Shown here: in pieces, positions 1-8,340 of the stretch
How positions within the stretch are numbered: the stretch's first letter is position 1
Layout of the letters: the number at the start of each line of letters is the position of its first letter
Virus record (IMG/VR): IMGVR_UViG_3300046061_000046
Location: 1 to 49,012 of that record
Origin: a virus
Taxonomy: Duplodnaviria > Caudoviricetes
Length of the DNA stretch: 49,012 bases
Reading direction: 5' to 3' (one strand)
Made by a program: the position numbers and the translations under genes
Notes under the pieces: generated by a model
The model's database searches: none
What the model saw: only the letters and a program-made list of their open reading frames with translations
Told to the model about the DNA's origin: nothing

Positions 1-101
1 CCCGCCTCCCTGAGCGGGCCCCTCGCACTTCTATCGCAGGTAGTGGAACACGTAGTTTCACCCACCGGCAGTTTGTAGTAACTTCCGTCCGACCACCAGG
101 T

Positions 102-1349
102 ATGCCCGTTGACGACCCCCAGAAGTTCAAGGAGGGCCTCCGGAACGAGCAGCGCCGCCTCGCCGAGTCCGAGACCGTCCACGAGGCCGACCGCGAGGCG
201 ATCGACCGCTGGATCCGTCGCAAAGACGGCCAAGTCAAGGTCTCCTCGCTGAAGACCTACCTCCGGCGTGCCCGTATCGCGAGCGAGCGCTCCGAGGTGC
301 GGTTGGTCGACTTCTCGGAAGCCGACTACCACGACCTCGTGTTCAAACTGCGCCACGAGCACGACCTCGCGGACTCGACCGTCCAGGCCTACGAAAACGC
401 TATCCTGCTCTTCTTGCAGGATTATATGGACGACGACGTCGACTGGCCCGAAACCGTCGAGCGGACGAAGGTTGACGACCAGGGGCCAACGGCCGACGAA
501 ATCCTCACGCCCGCCGATGTCCAGGCGCTCGTCAAAACGGCCAGCCACAGTCGTGACGTCGCGTTCATCGAATTCTTGGCCGACAGCGGTGCCCGCCTCT
601 CGCTGGCACTCTCGCTGCGCGTTGGCGATGTCGGCCTCAAGGACCCAGCGACGTACACGCCCAACGAGGAGGCCCGCGGCCTCAAGGGCGCCGATATCAA
701 GGAGTACCCCCTCATTGACGCCGCGGCGCCGCTCCGGGGCTATGTCCGTGGGGCACACCCGCGACCGACTGATCCCGGTGTCGCGCTGTTCCACAAACGG
801 AAGCCGCACCGGCGGGCTGGCCCCAACGACCCCTGGGGTGACGACGACGGCGGGCTCGACCCGAACGCGGCCCGCCAGCAACTCCAGCGCATCGCCGACC
901 GCGCCGGCGTCGACAAACCGGTCAACCCCCATGCCTTCCGGCACACGGCCATCACGCGGATGGTCCGCGAAGGGTATAGTCGCTCGCAGATCGAGCATCG
1001 CGTCCACTGGACGCTGGATACCGACATGTGGGAGACCTACGAGCACATCACCAGCCAGGAGCACAACGCCGACATCTTCCGGGAGGCCGGCGTCGTTGAC
1101 GACGACGGCCCCGACCGCGTCCGGAAGCGGTGTGGGGGGTGCCGGTCGGCCATCGCGCCCCGCCACGAGTTCTGTCCGCAGTGCGGGAAGGCCGTGACTG
1201 CGGACGCCGAAGCGGAGGTCCGGGCCGACAAAGACACCGTCCTTGACGACCTCGTTGAGGCCACGTCGCCCGCCGCCCGCGAGGAACTCCGGGAACTCCT
1301 CGACGCCATCGACGAGTCTGAGGAAGTCAGTCAAAGCGACCCCTCCTGA
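102..1349 (+). CDS. int: Tyrosine integrase with C-terminal zinc ribbon
   Basis: SGAR, HAFRH, VHW and ETY catalytic motifs; CGGC...CPQC ribbon typical of haloarchaeal integrases. Confidence 0.93.
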   Translation: MPVDDPQKFKEGLRNEQRRLAESETVHEADREAIDRWIRRKDGQVKVSSLKTYLRRARIASERSEVRLVDFSEADYHDLVFKLRHEHDLADSTVQAYENAILLFLQDYMDDDVDWPETVERTKVDDQGPTADEILTPADVQALVKTASHSRDVAFIEFLADSGARLSLALSLRVGDVGLKDPATYTPNEEARGLKGADIKEYPLIDAAAPLRGYVRGAHPRPTDPGVALFHKRKPHRRAGPNDPWGDDDGGLDPNAARQQLQRIADRAGVDKPVNPHAFRHTAITRMVREGYSRSQIEHRVHWTLDTDMWETYEHITSQEHNADIFREAGVVDDDGPDRVRKRCGGCRSAIAPRHEFCPQCGKAVTADAEAEVRADKDTVLDDLVEATSPAAREELRELLDAIDESEEVSQSDPS

Positions 1350-1477
1350 ACCCGTTCGAGGGCGCGCTTGGCGAGTTCCCGGGTCCGTTCGCTGACGCCC
1401 TCACGCTGAGCCAGCGATTTGAGTTTCTCCTCCCGAGTCCGCTTCAGATCCGGGCCGTCGTCGCTGTCGGTGCTCAT
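1331..1477 (-). CDS. 48-aa basic helical microprotein, not in ORF track
   Basis: MSTDSDDGPDLKRTREEKLKSLAQREGVSERTRELAKRALERVQEGSL; ATGA overlap with upstream stop; converges on integrase 3' end. Confidence 0.65.
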   Translation of the reverse strand: MSTDSDDGPDLKRTREEKLKSLAQREGVSERTRELAKRALERVQEGSL

Positions 1478-1710
1478 GTAGAATCACCGGCCTCGTCGAG
1501 GTCCTCGTGGGCTTCGTCGATAGCCGCCTTGACGTCGCTGGTATTGAGGCTGGCCCCGACCGACGCGGTGATCCGCAACTGCGCCTGGACCTGAACGGTC
1601 TCGCCGTCGGTCCTGGTCGCGACGTCTCGGGCGTCGCGAACATCGACGCCGTGGGCTTCGAGGAGGTCAACCACGTCGCCGACCGTCGCCAGTCCCTCGT
1701 CGAGGGACAT
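1474..1710 (-). CDS. Hypothetical protein
   Basis: Acidic 78 aa, translationally coupled on both sides. Confidence 0.75.
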   Translation of the reverse strand: MSLDEGLATVGDVVDLLEAHGVDVRDARDVATRTDGETVQVQAQLRITASVGASLNTSDVKAAIDEAHEDLDEAGDST

Positions 1711-1946
1711 CAGGCGCCCCTCCTGTTATGCTCAGTTTCCGTGTCTACTGATCGTTTCTCGCCGTCGATCTTCCCGAGTGCTGTCCGTAGTGCGGAGGCT
1801 TCCGTCGATGTGAGGTACAGCTCTGAGCGGGGCGTGTAGATGCTCATATCCCCGCCTGGATACTCCTCAACATCCACAATCTTGCTGTTATCAGCCTCCA
1901 CTCTCGCTTCACGGTGTTCGTCTGCGTGTTCAGTGCCGTCCGTCAC
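1710..1946 (-). CDS. Hypothetical protein (start MTDGTEHAD)
   Basis: GTG overlapping upstream TGA, GGAGGTG SD; acidic C-terminal part of the 1710..2192 ORF. Confidence 0.7.
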   Translation of the reverse strand: MTDGTEHADEHREARVEADNSKIVDVEEYPGGDMSIYTPRSELYLTSTEASALRTALGKIDGEKRSVDTETEHNRRGA

Positions 1947-2296
1947 AGATGTAGCACCTCCTTTGGATCGACTTCGGTTTCGTCGGTCCGGAACCAGTCC
2001 AGCGACCCGCAACCGAGACACTTCTGTTTGAGCGCGGGCGTGTGATCGCGCTCGAACACGAACAGCGCCTCGCAGTCGCGGCACCGACCGACGCCGTCGA
2101 CGGGCATTCCGAGCTGAACCCAGACCGTCGGCTCGGGGCATGGGTCGACGTTCTTCGTCTCGAAGCGGTCGCCGCAGCCACGGCACTCCCACTCTTTCGG
2201 AACCACCTTGCGAGCACCACGTTTCACGACCCTGAGATGGTGGCCGTTTTCGACTGCCCAGTGCTCAGTATCGTCTGTGTAGTTACTATTAGGCAT
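1943..2296 (-). CDS. Zinc-finger protein
   Basis: CRGC, CRDC and CLGC pairs. Confidence 0.75.
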   Translation of the reverse strand: MPNSNYTDDTEHWAVENGHHLRVVKRGARKVVPKEWECRGCGDRFETKNVDPCPEPTVWVQLGMPVDGVGRCRDCEALFVFERDHTPALKQKCLGCGSLDWFRTDETEVDPKEVLHL

Positions 2297-2780
2297 CGGG
2301 GATCACCTCACTGGCGGGCCGCGACTCGCCCGGCAGTTGGCGCTCGATATGGCGGAGTCCCATCCCCGGCGCAGTCGTCAATGCCGTCGCGTGGTACCGA
2401 TACCAGGGCGATAGATCGTCGAACTCCGTGTCATCACGGACCCACAGCGCAACTGGATAGTCACGCTCTCGCGCCCAGCGGACCTCCATCGGCGTCCCGA
2501 TACTCTTGACGTCGGAGTACCCGACAAGGACGCTGTCGCTCGCCCGGAGCAGTGTCAGGTCAGCCTGGACGATCTCGTCAACGCCGATCGTGTCCGGGGC
2601 ATCTCCACTCTCGCCATCGACGATCGTCAACTCCTCAACGGGGACGTTGTACTTGTTGAGCGGGTTTTCGAAGTCGTAGCCGTCGCCGTAGAAGTCGATA
2701 ATCGTGTCGCGCCACCCGGCGCCGCCGTCGTCGTAGGCGGCGACTGGGCCGGCCAGGTAGACAGTGGGGCGATCAGCCAT
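2289..2780 (-). CDS. Nucleoside 2-deoxyribosyltransferase / DNPH1-like N-glycosidase
   Basis: VYLAGP, WR, FENP, D...D, SIGTPME motifs; start MADRPTVY after GGAGG. Confidence 0.85.
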   Translation of the reverse strand: MADRPTVYLAGPVAAYDDGGAGWRDTIIDFYGDGYDFENPLNKYNVPVEELTIVDGESGDAPDTIGVDEIVQADLTLLRASDSVLVGYSDVKSIGTPMEVRWARERDYPVALWVRDDTEFDDLSPWYRYHATALTTAPGMGLRHIERQLPGESRPASEVIPDA

Positions 2781-3141
2781 CCGTCTCGACCTCCTGGAGA
2801 TCGGCGGCGTCGACAGTCCCGACCGCCACCTCGCAGGCGGCCGCGATAGCCGCGTACCCGGCGACATCGCGGTCGTGGTCGACATCGTAGGCGCCGACGG
2901 CGCCGCGACTGTGCTTGACGAGCGTCATCATCCGGGCGACATCCGCCCCGTCCAGCTCGGCGTCGGCCGCAAGCAGGCCCGCGCCACGGAGATACCACGT
3001 CCACCCCGCAGCGATGTGTGACTGGTTCTCGACGGCGTCACCGTGCGTGTTGCGGTCCTGCGAGACGAGGGCGGCGGTGTCCTCGAGGAGCGTCGCCGCA
3101 AGGGCGTCACCGTCAACGCGCTCGCTCTCGTCACCCCTCAC
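2773..3141 (-). CDS. DUF6378-like helical nucleotide-associated protein
   Basis: DR..HGD..EN...IA..W..YL, DVARMM.LVK.SR, DVAGYAA pattern. Confidence 0.75.
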   Translation of the reverse strand: MRGDESERVDGDALAATLLEDTAALVSQDRNTHGDAVENQSHIAAGWTWYLRGAGLLAADAELDGADVARMMTLVKHSRGAVGAYDVDHDRDVAGYAAIAAACEVAVGTVDAADLQEVETDG

Positions 3142-3299
3142 GGCAGACCCTCCCGGTACAGAACCGCGGTACCACAGACACAGTCCCCATTCTCGTCGGG
3201 CACTGCGAACGTCTCGCAGTTGTCACACCATGGGAGACGCTCAATGGCGGCCTCTTCCGCAACGCTGCCGCCGTCGTCTGCGCGGTTGTCACTCTCCAT
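3138..3299 (-). CDS. Zinc-finger microprotein
   Basis: MESDNRADDGG...WCDNC...DCVCG; coupled to neighbours. Confidence 0.65.
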   Translation of the reverse strand: MESDNRADDGGSVAEEAAIERLPWCDNCETFAVPDENGDCVCGTAVLYREGLP

Positions 3300-3618
3300 C
3301 AAGCATCCCCTCCTTGTAGTCGGCGACGAGGTCTGGTGCGTTGCCGGTGGCCTCGTCGACGCGAATAGCGGTTGAGATGAAGCCCCACTCGGCGTAGATG
3401 AGCATGCCCGACGGCTCGTGGTATCGGGCGTAAAACCCCTCTCCGGTCGAGCCGATCGAGTCTGCCCGCCGCCAGGCCATCTGCACCGGCCAGTCCTCGA
3501 ATTCGTCTGGCGCACGATCCTCCCATCGTCGTTGGGCATGCGGGTCAAGAGCGGGCGCAAGCGAGGTGATCGCCTGGGTGTCCTGACGCCGGAGCGCGTT
3601 GGGTTGTTTCGCCAACAT
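3289..3618 (-). CDS. Hypothetical protein
   Basis: 109 aa, TGATG coupling upstream. Confidence 0.7.
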   Translation of the reverse strand: MLAKQPNALRRQDTQAITSLAPALDPHAQRRWEDRAPDEFEDWPVQMAWRRADSIGSTGEGFYARYHEPSGMLIYAEWGFISTAIRVDEATGNAPDLVADYKEGMLDGE

Positions 3619-3740
3619 CAGATCCCTCCCGTCGCGACGTACGCGACCGCGAGCATCGTCAGCAGCATCGCGCCGGCGAACAGCGCGGCCAGCCCCGCGT
3701 ACAGCGGGTCAACACGAGCGCGAGTCCGAGTTCGAGTCAC
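3618..3740 (-). CDS. Small single-pass membrane protein
   Basis: GTG start, basic N-terminus then LYAGLAALFAGAMLLTMLAVAYVA. Confidence 0.6.
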   Translation of the reverse strand: MTRTRTRARVDPLYAGLAALFAGAMLLTMLAVAYVATGGI

Positions 3741-3865
3741 TGTGCTCCCCTCCCGACGCTGTCGCCCGTGGTTTCGACCGTGTTGAACGGTCGCGGCTTC
3801 CCGCACGCTCTGCACTTCCAGGCGCACTCGACCTCCGCGCCGCAACTGGGGCAGATGACAGTCAT
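3737..3865 (-). CDS. CPxCG zinc-finger microprotein, 42 aa, not in ORF track
   Basis: MTVICPSCGAEVECAWKCRACGKPRPF; TGATG and GTGA overlaps. Confidence 0.7.
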   Translation of the reverse strand: MTVICPSCGAEVECAWKCRACGKPRPFNTVETTGDSVGRGAQ

Positions 3866-4860
3866 CAGTCACCAACTCCCATCCGCGGCTGGTCATCTCG
3901 AATCTCTTCGATCACGCCCGCGTCACGGGCCAGAAGCCGTGCTTTGCCTCGCCCCATATCCAACAGGTTAGCAAGGTCACTCAGCGTTCCGACTTGCTCG
4001 GCACAGTCGCGGACGGTCGCCGCCGAGGGCGCCTCGTCAAGGTCGGGCACGGCGGCATCGCCCTCGCCATCGTCAACGACGGTAGGGCTGGACTGGGTAT
4101 CTGCGTCACCGAATGCGATCGGGTCATCGGTCAGCGAGTAGAGGTTCCGCCGTCCGTCATCGGGGTCGGTCTGACTTTCGACCAGCCTTTTCGCCCGTAG
4201 TTCCGAAAGCCGGTCGTATATGTTCGTTTGCTCGGTCACAGTCTGTAGATCCGACCCACTGAGTGGGCCATGCTGGTCGAGTGCCTCGAGGACGTCCGTC
4301 TCGGACTCGGTCAAGTCGTCGGCGAACTCTCGTTCACCGGATTCGTTGGCGTCGCTGTCGCGGTCCGATGCGGACGTGGGTGAGGGTCCAGACGTAATCC
4401 CTTGTTCAGGGCCGGCGTCCGACGGCGTTTCGTCTTCGGAGTCATCTCCGGTACGATCCTCATCGTCGGTCGCATCTGCCTCAGATTCGTCGGGGATCAA
4501 CCCTGAGACGTCGGCGACCGCCCACCCACGCTCATCGTTCCACGTCAGGTCGAGATACGCCGTCTCGTCGATGTCGTCCTCGTTGATGTCGAAGCTATCC
4601 CGGAGGACATACTGCGTCGCGATGTCCCCGCCCGGGTCCTCGTTCTTGCGGGAGATCTTGTAGTCGCCGTCCGAGCCCGCTGGCTCAATAGCGAGTAACC
4701 CGCGGCCGGGGTCGGCGTGGAAGATGATCGTTTCGTGGTCGTCGAGCCACGTCTCGTCGGCGTAACGATTGATGTATCCCGACCGGTTTTGATAGATGGT
4801 GAGCCGCGGCTCGTCCGCGGACTGGTTATCGTAGGATGGCTCGTAGGTCTCCCAGGGCAT
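3865..4860 (-). CDS. Multidomain protein with winged-HTH domain
   Basis: LTESETDVLEAL...IYDRLSELRAKRLVE...DGRRNLYSLT after an acidic linker. Confidence 0.8.
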   Translation of the reverse strand: MPWETYEPSYDNQSADEPRLTIYQNRSGYINRYADETWLDDHETIIFHADPGRGLLAIEPAGSDGDYKISRKNEDPGGDIATQYVLRDSFDINEDDIDETAYLDLTWNDERGWAVADVSGLIPDESEADATDDEDRTGDDSEDETPSDAGPEQGITSGPSPTSASDRDSDANESGEREFADDLTESETDVLEALDQHGPLSGSDLQTVTEQTNIYDRLSELRAKRLVESQTDPDDGRRNLYSLTDDPIAFGDADTQSSPTVVDDGEGDAAVPDLDEAPSAATVRDCAEQVGTLSDLANLLDMGRGKARLLARDAGVIEEIRDDQPRMGVGD

Positions 4861-4861
4861 C

Positions 4862-5137
4862 TCAGCGCACCTCCCCGAGGTTGACTACCGCCTCGGCGTT
4901 GATCTGGCACCACTCGTCGGGCAGTTCTTCAGTCTCGTTCTGGTCGCTGTCGCCCTCGTAGTAGTCCCGAAACCGGGCCGGAGTCACGATGATATCGCCG
5001 CCGAGCGTGGCGACGTTGGTCAGGCGCGGTAGGTCGCGGTCTGGGCCGGACCGCTGGTCGGCCATGTCACCGCTGTTGTCCTGCCCACTTTCGGCGTCGT
5101 CGGCGCGGTCGCCCGCGCTCCAGAAGTAATCCCACAT
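4862..5137 (-). CDS. Hypothetical protein
   Basis: Acidic 91 aa within the operon. Confidence 0.7.
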   Translation of the reverse strand: MWDYFWSAGDRADDAESGQDNSGDMADQRSGPDRDLPRLTNVATLGGDIIVTPARFRDYYEGDSDQNETEELPDEWCQINAEAVVNLGEVR

Positions 5138-5143
5138 GTGGGA

Positions 5144-5908
5144 TCACTCCGATTGGATCCGCGGCGCAAGCAGGTACGTCACCTGCCCACGCCCCTCCGC
5201 GACTGAGTAATGCCACATAAAGGGAAACTCGTCACCGAGTTCGATAGTGACCTCGGAGTCACTGTCGATAGCTCCACTCAGGTCCGAGACGTAGTCAAGG
5301 CTATAAAGCGACCGCGCGCCACCGCCCGTCTCTAGGTCGATGAGATCCTCTCGCTCGTGGGCGACGTGGACGTCGTCCGTGTCTCCATCAGCGTCGCCGT
5401 AAAAGGTCTCCCTCCCAGCGTCGACGCCGAGTGTGACGTGGTCGCTGACCAGCTCGGCGGCATCGACTACCTTCCCGAGGTCCCCGCCCTCGATGACGAT
5501 CTCCGCGTTGAGGTCAAGGTCAGGCAGGTCGGGCTCCTGGCGAATCGAGTCGGGATCGATAAGTGCCAGCGTGTACTCGATACTGCCGACCTGGACATCG
5601 AGTTTTCGCGTGACCTGGTTGAGTTCGAGATGGACGAGCTCGCCTGAGTCGCCGAACCCGACAACGTCGAGTAAGCGCTCTAAGTTGAGCCCGATAATGG
5701 CGTCGTCATCGTCGTCGATCCCAACCTCGTAGGATTCGAACGCATCGGCGTCCAGACGGATGTCGCCCATGGCCACATTCGCGGGGTCAACCGCTTGAAC
5801 GCGGAGGCCGTCGTCGTTGAGATGGACCTTGCACTCGTTGACCAGCGGGTCGATTGGCTTGAAGAAGTCTTCGAGCGTGTCAACGGTCGCGATGGCGGCG
5901 AACGTCAC
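5144..5908 (-). CDS. pcn: PCNA, DNA polymerase sliding clamp
   Basis: AVDPANVAM, LIDPDSIRQEPDLPDLDL, SLYSLDY, LAPRIQ: haloarchaeal PCNA signature. Confidence 0.96.
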   Translation of the reverse strand: MTFAAIATVDTLEDFFKPIDPLVNECKVHLNDDGLRVQAVDPANVAMGDIRLDADAFESYEVGIDDDDDAIIGLNLERLLDVVGFGDSGELVHLELNQVTRKLDVQVGSIEYTLALIDPDSIRQEPDLPDLDLNAEIVIEGGDLGKVVDAAELVSDHVTLGVDAGRETFYGDADGDTDDVHVAHEREDLIDLETGGGARSLYSLDYVSDLSGAIDSDSEVTIELGDEFPFMWHYSVAEGRGQVTYLLAPRIQSE

Positions 5909-6102
5909 GCTGACGCACCTCCCGCGTCCGCGGCGTGCTCGTAGATCTCGACAGTTCCCGAGTCGATGATGGCGTGGCCGGCATCACTCTCGTAGACGCC
6001 CTGCCCGATGAGGTCCTCGTCGGCAGCGACGACCTCGGCAGACTCGACTTTGGCGCCACAAGCGGGACAGTAGTCGGCGACCTTGTTGGTGTTCACCGAC
6101 AT
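5905..6102 (-). CDS. CPxCG microprotein
   Basis: YCPACG; coupled on both sides. Confidence 0.7.
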   Translation of the reverse strand: MSVNTNKVADYCPACGAKVESAEVVAADEDLIGQGVYESDAGHAIIDSGTVEIYEHAADAGGASA

Positions 6103-7019
6103 CAGGGGTCACCCTCCTCAGTACCGTCGTCGTCAGCGAGAGCGATCAGCTTCTCCTCACAGAGCCCGCAGAGTTCGACGTCGTCGTCAAGGTCACGCAT
6201 CGCGACGCATTCTTTGCCGTCTTCGATGGGCCTACACAGTGGTGAAGTGCCGTTGTCATCGCCAGTTTCGCTGGCGTGGAGTAGGTGGTACACGTCCGAC
6301 CGCGTACGGTCGGTGACGAGCACCTCGTGGTCGGCGGCGTTTCCTTCGAAAACGAACACGTCCTCACCCCAGACGCAGACGGGATACGGTGTCTCGGTGA
6401 AGTGGGAGCAGAAGCCGCCCTGAACCTCGTTGTGTCGGCCACAGAGAGGCATGCCGCAGTTCCCACAGCTGTTGTGCGCCTCCTCACCACAGTCCACACA
6501 GCGATTCTCGATGGGGACGTAGTCCGGCTCGGCCCCGCCGTCGAGGACGTGGCGGCCACCCGAGTGAAACCCGTTCGGCCAGTGCTCGGCGTCGTCCGGG
6601 ACGGTGCCGTCATCTGCGATGAGTTTCTTTTCGTCCTCGTCGCCGTCTGAATTCAGGTCCTCGGCGATCAGGTAACGGCGTTGGGCGTCCTGGCGGACGA
6701 GATACCGGCCTGCGTCACTAAGGCGGTAATCGTTTGTCCGCTTGTCGCGCTCGCCCTTCTCGATAAGGTCATCATCGACGAGCGTGTCTAAGTTCGGATA
6801 CAGCCGCCCGTGGTTGACCTCCTGGTCGTAGAGGTCCTCCAGTTCGCGCTTGATTGCCAGGCCGTAACTGGGCCCCTTGCGCGCCAGGATCAGTAAAATC
6901 TCCTGCTGGAACAGCGTGAGGTCCTGCGGCGTGACCTTCTGTTCGGTCGTTACTTGCGTGTCGATAGCCGGTTCGTCTGCCGTGTCGGAACGCTCTTTAG
7001 TTGAGTCTGCGTTGGCCAT
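6102..7019 (-). CDS. PadR-family wHTH regulator fused to Cys-rich zinc-binding domains
   Basis: DLTLFQ...YGLAIKRELE...VNHGRLYPNLDTLV...DKRTNDY; then CVDC, CGNC, CGRH, CGLC. Confidence 0.85.
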   Translation of the reverse strand: MANADSTKERSDTADEPAIDTQVTTEQKVTPQDLTLFQQEILLILARKGPSYGLAIKRELEDLYDQEVNHGRLYPNLDTLVDDDLIEKGERDKRTNDYRLSDAGRYLVRQDAQRRYLIAEDLNSDGDEDEKKLIADDGTVPDDAEHWPNGFHSGGRHVLDGGAEPDYVPIENRCVDCGEEAHNSCGNCGMPLCGRHNEVQGGFCSHFTETPYPVCVWGEDVFVFEGNAADHEVLVTDRTRSDVYHLLHASETGDDNGTSPLCRPIEDGKECVAMRDLDDDVELCGLCEEKLIALADDDGTEEGDP

Positions 7020-7041
7020 GATGGCTCTCGATAGTCCCAGT

Positions 7042-7192
7042 GCGGACGAGAGAGTTCAGCCCTGCGCGCACGGGCCAGGAACTTTGGTAGGTGAGTGGTT
7101 CGTGCGCGTGGACAGGCTGGCGCGCCGTCCGCTTTCTCCCCCAAGAACAGACTGTTTGCCTCCCAGTAGACGGCTTGTACCGTCGGGAAGGC
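7042..7192. other. Structured intergenic element (long interrupted hairpin plus second hairpin)
   Basis: 7042-7048 pairs with 7126-7132; 7057-7061 with 7115-7119; 7064-7077 with 7096-7109 (three G-U pairs on + strand); 7169-7173 with 7180-7184. Confidence 0.55.
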
Positions 7193-7312
7193 GGCCATTT
7201 ACTAACATCGTGGGTCGCGTAAGCCTGCATGGGGTGTGTGATGTTACCTCGCCGGGCCGATGGGAACGGCCCGGAGTACCTTACTTGGCGAGCGGTGCCT
7301 CTGTTGTGTCGG

Positions 7313-7513
7313 TCACGTGTCGTCCTCGATCTTGCTCTGGATGGTGATCTGGCCCGACCCGAGTTCGGCGACAAGCTCGACCTCGTCCCCACGCTCTAGC
7401 CCGGCCTGTTGCAGTATCTGTGGCGGGATCGTCACCACGGTGCTATTGCCCGACGCTCGAAGCTCTCGCTTCCCGCGGGCTGTCTCCGAGGCCGGGTCGA
7501 TCTCGACCGACAT
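7313..7513 (-). CDS. AbrB/MazE/SpoVT-family DNA-binding protein, copy 1
   Basis: RELRASGNSTVVTIPPQILQQAGLERGDEV; ATG about 25 nt below a TATTAAAT box. Confidence 0.88.
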   Translation of the reverse strand: MSVEIDPASETARGKRELRASGNSTVVTIPPQILQQAGLERGDEVELVAELGSGQITIQSKIEDDT

Positions 7514-7520
7514 CGAACGA

Positions 7521-7612
7521 ATCTTATCTCGCATCTTATTTAATACTTCTCCTATGTCCAATGGGGTTAGTTATTAAATACTTACACCCGAAGATAAGAC
7601 GTAGAGTAAGAC
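7521..7612. promoter_or_regulatory. Divergent promoters with mirrored TATTAAATA boxes and TAAGAY repeats
   Basis: TATTTAATA 7537-7545 and TATTAAATA 7572-7580; ATCTTA at 7521 and 7533; TAAGAC at 7595 and 7607. Confidence 0.75.
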
Positions 7613-7641
7613 CTATGGGCTCTGTCCAAGCACTACGTGTC

Positions 7642-7863
7642 ATGGGGAACGGCGTGGATGTCGACCCGGACGAGAACGTGATGAGGGCCAGTCGGAAGCT
7701 GCGCCAGTCCGGTGGCAGTCTGGTTGTGTCGCTCCCGCCAGAGATGCTCCAGTCCGTTGGTTTTGAGGAAGGCGACGAGCTCGTCCTTGAAGCCGAGTGG
7801 GCTGGTGATACGATCTGCTTGCGGAAGGTGGACGACGTCGCCGACGAAAACGACGAGTCGTGA
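7642..7863 (+). CDS. AbrB/MazE/SpoVT-family DNA-binding protein, copy 2 (alternative start 7615)
   Basis: RKLRQSGGSLVVSLPPEMLQSVGFEEGDEL; aligns with copy 1. Confidence 0.88.
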   Translation: MGNGVDVDPDENVMRASRKLRQSGGSLVVSLPPEMLQSVGFEEGDELVLEAEWAGDTICLRKVDDVADENDES

Positions 7864-7980
7864 GTCCAGATCTTATCCGCGGGAGGCTTACGCTCTAACC
7901 GGCGGTAGTGGTAGTGGTGTCTCGGCGATTCCGGTTGGGCCCCCAACGACGGTGACGCCAAGGCTCCCGCCTCGTCATAG

Positions 7981-8220
7981 TTACGCTGGCGCATGCCCTC
8001 CCTCCAAGAGTTCCTCTTCGAGTTCGCGAACGTCTTCGCGGTCAAGTCGTTCGCCCGTCTTTGCGTCAACGACCTCGTCAAACGACCCGTCGCGACCCCA
8101 GTCCGACTGCTCGCAGTGCCCGCACCAGAAGTGGCCGTTGATCGGCTTCCAGTCGGAGTGGCCGACCGGACACTGAAGCCTGTGCGGGTCGTTCTCTTGG
8201 AGTCGATGTAGCTTCGGCAT
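7981..8220 (-). CDS. Small Cys/His zinc-binding protein
   Basis: CPVGH...HFWCGHC; TTTATA box upstream on minus strand. Confidence 0.75.
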   Translation of the reverse strand: MPKLHRLQENDPHRLQCPVGHSDWKPINGHFWCGHCEQSDWGRDGSFDEVVDAKTGERLDREDVRELEEELLEGGHAPA

Positions 8221-8340
8221 GGCCGCGATAACCTATTTTCGGGAGTATAAAACCGCTCAGGGTTGTCCCCGGAGTGAAAGTGAAGATAAGGTGATAAGCA
8301 TTCTTGTCCAACAGAACGTAGAACCTGAAGTGATCTTCAG

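Noticed and set aside
1-35. CCCCTCGCA as tRNA 3' end / att core
   Set aside because: No T-arm or cloverleaf, and no second copy in the window to confirm an att repeat
268-1197. Long alternative-frame and antisense ORFs here and throughout (e.g. 22784..24130, 24790..26109, 46968..48044)
   Set aside because: Ser/Arg/Pro-rich shadows expected in high-GC DNA, overlapping well-supported acidic genes
7313-7863. AbrB genes as toxin-antitoxin antitoxins
   Set aside because: No PIN, MazF or other toxin gene follows either copy
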